Shown here one piece after another: positions 1-7,658 of a DNA stretch of 12,672 bases. The DNA lies in NCBI GenBank assembly GCA_963830915.1, contig CAWHOE010000018.1:1-12672 (forward strand). The letters are read 5' to 3'. The DNA is from a candidate division FCPU426 bacterium (GTDB lineage: Bacteria > Oederibacteriota > Muellerivitia > Muellerivitales > Muellerivitaceae). The first letter of the stretch is position 1. Each line of letters opens with the position of its first letter. The notes beneath the pieces are model-generated. The model had not been told where the DNA came from. It searched no databases and saw only the letters and a list, made by a program, of their open reading frames with translations. The translations under genes were made by a program, and so were the position numbers.

Positions 1-716
1 TCCTTGTTGAGGTCTGCAGCATAAGAAACATTTCGAAAATCGGTTTTCACCCAGGTTGAATGGGTAAAATCGATATCAATGACCGTCAGCCACCTCAAGG
101 TTCCAGCTGCGCAACCGTTGCCACGGCCACCAATATCGCAAAAGATTCGATAAACATTCGGCGAGAGAGTTTGTGCCTCGGCAGAATCAAGCGTTCTCTC
201 CGAATCATTATCGTTTTCAAGGTCAAGAGGGATCACTTGGGTCGGCTTTATAGGATTAACAAAGAAACTTAGGTCACCGATGTTCCAAACATAAAGATCA
301 CTATTTCCAATCTTGCGCACATCAAATTCAGCGACATTTACTTCTACGGTTCTGCCAGTACGCTCATCGTCTTCCAAACCAACCCCACCATGGATGAGGG
401 CTTGGATCAAATCATTGATTTTCTTTTTATCCTGTCTGTATTGCGCCGGGTTACCGCCATCATCAACGTCATCTTTTTCAGATTCTAAATCGATTTTCTG
501 CTGTTTCGGCAAGTCCACGTGAGTGTCGATAAATGTCACAGACTCCGTTACTGGATTAAAGGGTATTTCATATGACCAAAAATCAGGTGGTACATTGCCG
601 TTGGCGTCGAGCTTTAATCGGTAGCCGTCCGGAAGGTAATTTACCTGCCCCCACGCTGTGGTCCCCCAGGTAAAAAAGACGAAAGCAAATAGGTATTTCC
701 AAGAAATGTTTTTCAT
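1..716 (-). CDS. Secreted hypothetical protein, 3'-truncated by the window edge (>=238 aa; MKNISWKYLFAFVFFTWGTTAWG-QVNYLPDG...SYAADLNK>)
   Basis: Manual translation of the minus strand from ATG at 716 is open to base 1. It is absent from the ORF track because no stop lies in the window. Sec-type signal peptide (basic N-region, aromatic/hydrophobic core, A-W-G cleavage site). GGGA/GGA SD-like sequence just upstream. In-frame ATGs at 728 and 731 are alternative starts. No recognisable family. Confidence 0.85.
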   Translation of the reverse strand, partial: MKNISWKYLFAFVFFTWGTTAWGQVNYLPDGYRLKLDANGNVPPDFWSYEIPFNPVTESVTFIDTHVDLPKQQKIDLESEKDDVDDGGNPAQYRQDKKKINDLIQALIHGGVGLEDDERTGRTVEVNVAEFDVRKIGNSDLYVWNIGDLSFFVNPIKPTQVIPLDLENDNDSERTLDSAEAQTLSPNVYRIFCDIGGRGNGCAAGTLRWLTVIDIDFTHSTWVKTDFRNVSYAADLNK

Positions 717-784
717 ATGCCATCCCATCATGAAAAATTTGTTTTAGAACTATTCAACAGCATCTTGTGTACCAAAATCTGGCA

Positions 785-1627
785 TTACCTCGTCACCGTT
801 TGCGTTTGGATATCCTGGATAGAGGGAACATTCACGGTTTGGGCGTTGTAGGCCGCTTGGGATTGGACACAATTCACCAGGACCTTATAGGTTCCTGACC
901 CAAGGGTATAGGCGCCGGACGGGATGCTATAGGGTGAAACCAGATCGGGGATGGAGCCATAGGTCGTAAAAAGCAGATTCGAGGAATTATCGTAAACGTT
1001 CAAGAAGTCCCCGTTCCCCTCCCAACCCCAGGTGGCCGTGGTCCCAGCCGAATTGACCGTGATCTCCCCTGGGGCGGTAGTTTGAAACCAGGCGGTCCCG
1101 GCGGAAGTGACCGTCTGGAGGGTATAGATGAACCCCGGTATGTAGGTAAACCCGGAAGCGGTATAGGATGCGTAGGTATTTCCACCCAGGCTTGTATTTC
1201 CCGCGTAGGTGAAGTAGGTCTGTCCCGCGGAGCTGATCTCGCTGACCGTAGCCACTGCTTCAGGCGTGGTATAGACCCTCAAATTCACCCCGCCTGTGAC
1301 GCTGGTACCAGAGCGTGTGATGTAGGCGTTGTACCATTCGATAGGGCTGGTAGGTGTCGGGGTGGCGGTAATGGTGGGCGACGAGGTGGGTGTCCCGGTG
1401 AAAGTGCTGGTAGGGCTTGCAGTGGGGCTGGAAGTGGAGGTCGCCGTGGCCGTCCAGGTGGCGGTACAGCTCAGGCAGGCGGTCGCGGTATAGGTGGGGG
1501 TAATAACGGGGACCGGCGTCGGAGTGGCGGCGGGAGCGGTCGGGGTGTTACCGCAGGCGATCGGAAATATTTCGATGAACGACAACAGCAGGATTGGAAA
1601 AGCCCAAAAATAAAGCGACCGGACCAT
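785..1627 (-). CDS. Putative lipoprotein/surface protein with a long Thr/Pro/Ser-rich linker and a beta-rich C-terminal domain (280 aa)
   Basis: GGGAGG SD at 1634-1639 (minus). Hydrophobic N-terminus ends in lipobox-like P-I-A-C-G. About 65 aa of TPT/TAT low complexity are followed by a Y/T/G-rich, probably beta-sandwich domain. Confidence 0.85.
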   Translation of the reverse strand: MVRSLYFWAFPILLLSFIEIFPIACGNTPTAPAATPTPVPVITPTYTATACLSCTATWTATATSTSSPTASPTSTFTGTPTSSPTITATPTPTSPIEWYNAYITRSGTSVTGGVNLRVYTTPEAVATVSEISSAGQTYFTYAGNTSLGGNTYASYTASGFTYIPGFIYTLQTVTSAGTAWFQTTAPGEITVNSAGTTATWGWEGNGDFLNVYDNSSNLLFTTYGSIPDLVSPYSIPSGAYTLGSGTYKVLVNCVQSQAAYNAQTVNVPSIQDIQTQTVTR

Positions 1628-1744
1628 AGAGCACCTCCCGGCTAACAGCTATATAGAGGATGACCTAGATTACACCCCCACCCGGGTTGATGGGGCTGGA
1701 TTTTGACCGGTAACCGGGCTGAGACAATGGGGATACCCCTAAAA

Positions 1745-2247
1745 TGCCGGTGGACATGCCGGTGGGCACCTGATCTTTCCGGTGGCCAGAAAACCCCCTT
1801 CCGGTGGGTGGCTTGGCCTTTCCGATGGCCGGAAACACCGCTTCCGATGGGCACACGCCCTTTCCGATGAACTTCCGAGGGTCTTCCGATGGGTGAACCG
1901 GCCTTTCCGATGGACGTCCGATGGCTTCCGAGGACCTTCCGATGGGTGATCCGGCCTTTCAGATGGATGGGTTTATGGCTGGCACTTGCCAATTATTGTC
2001 ACCGGCGACCGGCTACCTGCCAATTAATGTTATCGATGACCAGGGATTTGGTCACTGATGACCGACCTTGGTCAACGATAAAGGGCCCCTTTGTCACCGA
2101 TAACAGGGGTTTTGGTCATCGATGACCAGCCACCTGCCAATTAATTTCCCCGGTGACCGGCTACCTGCCAATTTTGATCAGACTCTGATCAAAGGCGGTA
2201 CCACCCAGGGCTGGGATCTTCCAATTTTGACCAGACTCTGGTCAAAA
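1745..2247. repeat. Composite, helically phased (~10.57 bp) non-coding repeat array: TTCCGRTGG block, GTCANCGNTGAC palindrome block, TGCCAATT boxes and two perfect inverted repeats
   Basis: 14 CCG(A/G)TGG-like cores at 1747-1960. 7 GTCANCGNTGAC-like palindromes at 1998-2146. T(G/T)CCAATT at 1987, 2018, 2135, 2166 and 2219. IRs at 2173-2193 and 2225-2247. Spacings cluster at 10-12, 20-22, 31, 42 and 53 bp. Confidence 0.92.
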
Positions 2248-2302
2248 GGGTGGGGGGAGAGCTGGAGGAAGGCTAATTCAGGGCAAGAGGCGTTTTCAGT
2301 TT

Positions 2303-2812
2303 CTATATATTCCAAGCATATTTCAGCAGTTTGAATTGCTGCCCGCCGATTTCCACCCCTTGGTCGCAGGGTTCCAGGACACCCCCCACGGACTCATAAA
2401 ATCCCTTGTAGGCGTTCTCTTCCATCGTAAAAAGGACCATCTTTCCGTATCCACGCCTTTTCAACTCATCCGAACAAGCTTTCAATAACCTCTTCCCGTT
2501 CCCCTGGCGTTGGCGTTCCTTCAACAGGTAGATGGCGTAAAGCTCGCCCGTTCCCGGTTCCAAGCCCTTTCGTTCCTTGCCCCCGCTGACGAAGCCGACC
2601 AGTTCCCTCCGCTCGTCCTCCCCGACAAAAATGAATCTATCCGGGGAGGCAGCTATCAACTCCTCCGCGAACTGTTTGGCCCTTGTGGCGGGGTCCAGGC
2701 TTTCAAGGAAAGCGTCAGGAACGATCCCCCGATAGGTCGTTTTCCAGCTCTCGATATGGACCCTGGCGATCTTTGGGGCGTCTTGGATCTGGGCGGGGCG
2801 GATAACGATCAT
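2303..2812 (-). CDS. GNAT family N-acetyltransferase (169 aa from ATG 2812)
   Basis: IRPA...HIESWKTTYRGIVPD...GELYAIYLLKERQRQGNGKRLL (acetyl-CoA-binding QxxGxG)...FYESVGG. ATG at 2812 overlaps the upstream TGA (ATGA), which is preferred over the ORF-track start at 2842. Confidence 0.93.
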   Translation of the reverse strand: MIVIRPAQIQDAPKIARVHIESWKTTYRGIVPDAFLESLDPATRAKQFAEELIAASPDRFIFVGEDERRELVGFVSGGKERKGLEPGTGELYAIYLLKERQRQGNGKRLLKACSDELKRRGYGKMVLFTMEENAYKGFYESVGGVLEPCDQGVEIGGQQFKLLKYAWNI

Positions 2813-3336
2813 GGGATCAGGGATTTCTGGGCTATTTCCCATCGGTAGGAAACCAACTGGATGCTGGTCCCAGCTACCGTGAGAACCTGCTGGTCAGGCT
2901 GCAAAACCCCACCCCTTTTTTCATAAAAAGCGCGGAAGGGGCTTCGGTCCAGGACCCAGGTCCGGAAAGCGGACATCCCCAGGGCTTGGAATTGCTCCAC
3001 CGCCGAACGGAACAGGACTTCCCCAAATCCCTGGCGTTGGTGCTCTTTCATGAGATAGAGTCCGTATATCTCGCCTAAACCCTTCTGGATGCTTGAGCGA
3101 TCCTTACCCGCGTCCAGGTAACCGGCGAGCCCGCCTTCCGGATTTTCGATCACTCTCACAAAAAAATCGAAGCCCTGGGTTTGGAATCCGTTCAGGAATA
3201 TCTGATGGGCGGCCTCCAGCGTCATGCCTTTCAGGAATGGATCTGGCACCAAGCCAAGATAGGTTTCCTGCCAGGTCTTGAAATAGATACGGGAAATTTC
3301 CGCTATATCAGTTATATCGCCTGGCCGGAGCCTCAA
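2809..3336 (-). CDS. GNAT family N-acetyltransferase (175 aa), paralog of the adjacent GNAT
   Basis: TWQETYLGLVPDPFL...GEIYGLYLMKEHQRQGFG...FYEKRGG. TTG start lies 21 nt downstream of the acyl-CoA dehydrogenase stop. Confidence 0.92.
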   Translation of the reverse strand: MRLRPGDITDIAEISRIYFKTWQETYLGLVPDPFLKGMTLEAAHQIFLNGFQTQGFDFFVRVIENPEGGLAGYLDAGKDRSSIQKGLGEIYGLYLMKEHQRQGFGEVLFRSAVEQFQALGMSAFRTWVLDRSPFRAFYEKRGGVLQPDQQVLTVAGTSIQLVSYRWEIAQKSLIP

Positions 3337-3357
3337 GATATTCCGCCTTCGTAAAGA

Positions 3358-5252
3358 TTATTTCTTACCTTTGAAGCCTAACCCATCATCCACGATGATC
3401 CCCTGTTCCAGCCACTCATACCCGCCTTCCATGGCCTTCAGGGACACCTTGGTATCGTGCCTATCGGTGTTACAGCAAACCCCGTCGAAATGCTGATGGA
3501 TACGCAACCGGGCCTGGCGGCAGAAAGTTTCGGCCAATTCGACTGGCGTCAGGTCCGAGGGGTTTTGTTTCAACAAGGACTGGGCTTTGGCGCAGGAAGC
3601 CATCATGGCGAACAATTCGGTCGCCACCTCGACCAGACGACCCAGGATCAACTGGCGTCTTTCCAGCTTGGGCCCGAACTTGATCATCTGATGGAATAGG
3701 GTGCGGGCCACCTTGCGGGAAGTTCTCTCCACAAAGCGGACATGACGGGCCAGGGACCCGTAACCGATAAACCTGGGCCAGACCCCCGTGGGAAGCCAGA
3801 GCTTTAAGTACCAGAAGGGATAGAAAAGCGCGCACCGGAGCAAGGCCTTGACCTTGTTTCCCATAGGACTCTTGGGGTCCAGCAGGTCCCCCGCCAGCCT
3901 CATGTGCTTGTCCAGCGCCTCCCGGGCGATGAAGAGATGCTGGATCTCGGTGGTTCCCTCGATGATGCGGTTGATGCGGGAATCGCGCATCATGCGCTCC
4001 ACCGCCTAGCCCTTCTCGCCCCGGCCCCGCAAGGATGGGGCGGTCTCGTAACCCCGTCCTCCCCTCAACTGCATCAGGTCGTCCATGATCTTCCAGGAGG
4101 CCTCGGTACAGAACAGCTTGGCCATGGCGGCTTCCAGCCTTATATCCGCCCCGCCCCGGTCCACCAACGCCGAGGCGTAATAGGTCATGGATTCCTGGGC
4201 GTAAGGTCGAGGCCGCCATGTAGGATATCCTGGCGGCGCCAGGCTCATGCTTGCCGATGGGCGCGCCCCATTGCACCCTTTCCTTACCCCAGTTGCGGGC
4301 GATCTGCAGGGCCTGCTTGCTCATGCCCGCCGAGGCCGCCGGCAGTGTCAGGCGCCCGGTGTTCAAGGTGATGAGGGCCAGCTTCAAACCCAGACCCTTC
4401 TCCCCAAAGGATGTTCTCGGAAGGCACCTTTACGTTATTGAAACGGATGAGCCCGTTCTGGATGGCCCGAATGCCCATGAAGTCGCAGCGGCTCACGTAC
4501 TCGATGCCCGGCATCCCCTTTTCCACGATGAAAGCCGTGATCTGGCGTTTTTCTTTTCCGTTCACCATCTTGGAAGGCGTCTTGGCCATGACCACCATCA
4601 CGTCGGCCACCAGGCCGTTGGTGCACCAAAGTTTGTCGCCGGTGATGAACCAGGTCTTGCCGTCCATGGAAGGCTCGGCGGTGGCCATCATCCTGGCCGG
4701 GTCCGACCCGACCCCCGGTTCGGTCAGGGCGAAGGCCGAGATGGCGCCCTTGGCGAATAGGGGGAAATACTTTTTCTTTTGCTCCTCGGTGCCGAAAAGC
4801 TTGAGGGGCTGGGGAACGCCGATGGATTGGTGGGCCGAGAGCCACACCGCCGTGGACCCGCAATAGGAAGCCACCAGGGCCACCGCGCGGTTGTAGTTGA
4901 TCTGGGAGAGGCCTAGTCCGCCGTATTCCTTGGGGATCTTCATGCCCCAACAGCCCAGCTTGGCCAGGCCATCGATGACGGAGGGGGGAAGGATGCCGGT
5001 CTTGTCCACCTCGTCCGGATCGAGGTTTTCCTTGAGGAATGTCTCCACCCGGCGCATGAACTCGTCGCCGATCTTTTTATCCTCAGGCGACTGCTCGGGG
5101 TAAGGCGAGATCAGGTCTTCCCGGAACCTTCCCATGAAGAGTTCGGCGACAAAACTGGGCTGTTTCCACTCGGTTTCCCTGGCCCCTTCGGCCACTTCCA
5201 GGGATTCCCTCTCATTATCGGATAGATGTTTGGCGGCGGTTGTGACGCTCAT
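3358..5252 (-). CDS. Acyl-CoA dehydrogenase, long VLCAD/ACAD9-like type (~630 aa when reassembled), interrupted by two +1 frameshifts and one in-frame TAG
   Basis: Four ORF pieces join into one canonical ACAD: AFALTEPGVGSDP, GDKLWCTNG, GEG/LGLKLALITLNTGR, ERVQWGAPI, EAAMAKLF, GGRGYE, VERMMRDSRINRIIEGTTEI (catalytic Glu), plus a C-terminal extension. Breaks are an extra C in 4395-4397, an extra base at 4203-4204, and TAG at 4006-4008. SD GGAAGGGGAG upstream. Either a sequencing artefact or a true pseudogene. Confidence 0.93.
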
Positions 5253-5270
5253 GACGCTCCCCTTCCTTCC

Positions 5271-5283
5271 ATGGTTGAACCAT
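5271..5283. promoter_or_regulatory. Palindromic candidate operator ATGGTTGAACCAT (FadR/GntR-like) upstream of the acyl-CoA dehydrogenase
   Basis: Perfect 6-1-6 inverted repeat between a TACAAT -10-like hexamer (minus strand, 5308-5313) and the SD. The TGGT-N3-ACCA core resembles FadR-subfamily GntR operators. Confidence 0.4.
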
Positions 5284-5339
5284 TAAACCCATAGAACTGT
5301 CGATTTCATTGTAGACCTTTTGATCCGAAGAATAAAAGG

Positions 5340-5368
5340 TTCCCTCTTTTCGGGTCAGGCTGTAAAAT
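5340..5368 (+). promoter_or_regulatory. Candidate sigma70 promoter (TTCCCT-N17-TAAAAT) driving a probably leaderless transcript
   Basis: TAAAAT at 5363-5368 lies 7 nt before ATG 5376, and there is no SD. It is divergent from the TACAAT element on the minus strand. Confidence 0.4.
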
Positions 5369-5375
5369 GACGCCC

Positions 5376-5600
5376 ATGAACGCATTCGCCAAACCGGAAG
5401 ACGCCAGCCCTTACGAGTACCCGGAGTTTCCCGCGCCCGCGCGCCAGAAGCTTGACCTGTCCTTTTCGGAAGGGCCGGAAGCCAGTAAGTTCACCGACTT
5501 CGAGACTTCCCACAACCAGGCCCAGGATACGTCCCTTCCCGTGGTCCAAATGGCCGACTTACAGGATTTCAAGAAGGTCCTTTCTTACGACCCTTCCTGA
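5376..5600 (+). CDS. Small acidic hypothetical protein (74 aa from ATG 5376; 77 aa from 5367)
   Basis: GC3-rich codon usage like the neighbouring genes. Fills the gap between the promoter and the next gene, ending 20 nt before it. No recognisable family. Confidence 0.55.
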   Translation: MNAFAKPEDASPYEYPEFPAPARQKLDLSFSEGPEASKFTDFETSHNQAQDTSLPVVQMADLQDFKKVLSYDPS

Positions 5601-5620
5601 ACTGACGCCGTCCTCTTTTC

Positions 5621-7548
5621 GTGGAACCAACCCTTCAGCCCGACCAGCCTTCTACCCCTGAACCGTCCGTCCGCTCGAGCTTCCATTTAAATCCTTGGTT
5701 TTTGGCCCTGGGCGCTTGTTTCCTACTGCTCATTCTTTTCGCCTGCCGAAAGGATGTGGACTATGACCTGGGATTCCATCTAAGGGCCGGTCAATGGATC
5801 CTCCAGAACCACGCCTTTCCCTCCAAGGACACCTTCACCTACACGGTCAACCAGAACGACTATATCGACCTCCACTGGCTCTATCAGGTGGGGATCTATC
5901 TGCTCTTCGGTCTGACCGGTTACGCGGGCCTGTCGGTCATGAACATCCTTTTGATCCTGACCGTTTTTTCCCTGACGGTCTGGCGCATGCGAAGGACCGG
6001 TTGTCCCGACTGGGCCCTTTTCTTTCTGGTCCTTCCCTCGGTCCTGTGCCTGGAGATAAGGTTCATCATCAGGCCTGAGATGGTTTCCTGGGTGCTGTTG
6101 GCCGTCACCCTGCTGGTATTGGATTCCCGCTGGACCAAGCGAGCGAACTTTCTTTTTCTTCTCCCCCGATCCAATGCCTTTGGGCGAACATCGAGGGGCT
6201 ATTTGTCCTGGGCTGGGTGGTCATGGGGGCTTATCTTCTGTCCGGCCTCTTCCATAACCGTCGATGGGACAAACCCCTCCTGAAAGTTTCTCTTCTTTCC
6301 GTGGCGGCTTCCGCCTTGAACCCCTATTTCCTCAAGGGCATGGCTTTCCCTTTCCTATTGCTTACCCGCCTGGACGCCTCCAGCGTCTTCAAGAAGAACA
6401 TTTCCGAGCTTCAATCGCCCTGGTCCATCATTCACGCGTCCGACGTGCCATTTTTCCCCGTCATTCCCCTTTACACCTACCGGGTCATCGCCATCGTGAT
6501 GCTGTTGGTCATCCTGTCCACCTTGAGGAGAAGGAAATTCCACCAGATCCTTTTGACCACGGGCTTTTTCATGCTATCGGCGGCATCCATCCGGAACGTT
6601 CCCCTTTTCTTCTGGGTCGTCCTTCCCATCGCGGCCGCCTCGGCGGGCGAACTGGTGGCCATCCTCAAGGAAAAGGCCAGGTCATTGACGGAATTTTTCG
6701 CCGCCATGGAACTCATCCCCTGGGTGACCCTCTTGGCTGCCCTTTTATTCTGCGCCAGGGTCGCGACCCAGGCCTATTACGTTTCCGACCGAAGGGTCGA
6801 TCACGTGGGCTTGGGGATGGATGGGGAGCGCTTCCCGTTCAAGGCCTTGGATTTCATGGAACAAAACCATTTGAAGGACCAGCTCTTGAACGACCCGGCC
6901 TTCGGGGGATGGATCGAATGGAAAACCGGACAGCCCGTCTTCATCGACGGACGTCAGGAGGTCATCCAGGAGGCCCTGTTCACCGAGTACGAGAGCAGTT
7001 ACGCGGCGGGCGGATTGTCCCGGCTGGTGGACAAATACAATATCAAACTGATCCTCTATGACCACATGATGGGGATCCCATGGACCATGCAGCTCCAACG
7101 CATGCCGGGCTGGCGGTTGATCTACCTGGATGACGTGGCCGCTCTCTACGCCGCCAAGGGCACCGCCCCGGCCTTGCCGGAGATATTCCCCAAGGACATC
7201 CTTCCTGTTTGGGGCATCCCGCCCGAGCCATCGGCCCAGGGCCTTCCTGATTTTCACCGGAATGTTTTGAACGACTGGTTCGCGGGATTCATCCTGCCCC
7301 AGGCCTATCCCATGCCCCTGATGAGGCTGGGGTCTTACGCTTACGAGATCAATGACTACGAGGGAGCGAAAGGGTTTTTCCTGGAGGCCCTCCGCCGTTC
7401 CCAGGGCAAATATTACGAGATCTATTACAACCTGGCCTCAACCTATAACCGTCTGGGCTTGAAAGACCAGGCCAAGGCCTGTTATGAAAGGATCCTGGAG
7501 CTGGAACCGGGAAACGCCCAGGCTCAGGCCAAACTGGCCCAGTTATAA
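5621..7548 (+). CDS. Polytopic membrane protein, GT-C glycosyltransferase-like, with C-terminal TPR (~642 aa reassembled; one frameshift near 6163-6168)
   Basis: D-Y-D-LGFHLRAGQWI...P..DTFTYT...HWLYQ after TM1, followed by RPE. After adding one base at the C-run the frame reads IQCLWANIEGLFVLG, then ALNPY, SIRNVPLF, GGWIEW...FIDGR. C-terminal YYNLASTYNRLG...AKACYERILELEP is a TPR. Start codon is uncertain and the function is inferred. Confidence 0.8.
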
Positions 7549-7658
7549 AAGGAGCTTACTGGTTTTTTATCGACAATTGACCGATATCATCGTTTTTTTA
7601 TCTCCCGCCGAAACGTTTTTGGATGTTTAATCGTCAAAATGAGAAGAGAGGTAATAAC

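Noticed and set aside
709..737. TTTTTCAT...ATGAAAAA inverted repeat over the start codon of the leftmost gene
   Set aside because: An 8-bp AT-rich stem with a 13-nt loop is weak and plausible by chance in low-GC sequence.
2195..2206. GGGTGGTACCGC on the minus strand matches the T-box riboswitch consensus
   Set aside because: Under 100 nt separate it from the upstream stop codon, leaving little room for stem I. No recognisable specifier loop or U-tailed terminator, and the downstream gene is unrelated to amino-acid metabolism.
1745..2247. CRISPR array or guide-RNA (TIGR-like) array
   Set aside because: Repeats are only 9-16 nt and degenerate. Intervening segments are mostly <=20 nt and partly duplicated, unit length is not constant, and no cas or other effector gene is in the window.
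1700..2300. Chromosomal oriC or canonical parS cluster
   Set aside because: No TTATCCACA DnaA boxes, no AT-rich unwinding element, no TGTTTCACGTGAAACA, and no dnaA/parAB nearby.
1642..2334. ORFs 1642-1992(-), 1665-1856(-), 1889-2125(+) and 2122-2334(+) with HRKG/PMG-type peptide repeats
   Set aside because: The DNA repeat spacing (10, 11, 20, 22, 31) is often not a multiple of 3, so the motif drifts across frames. No convincing SD. These are shadows of the non-coding array.
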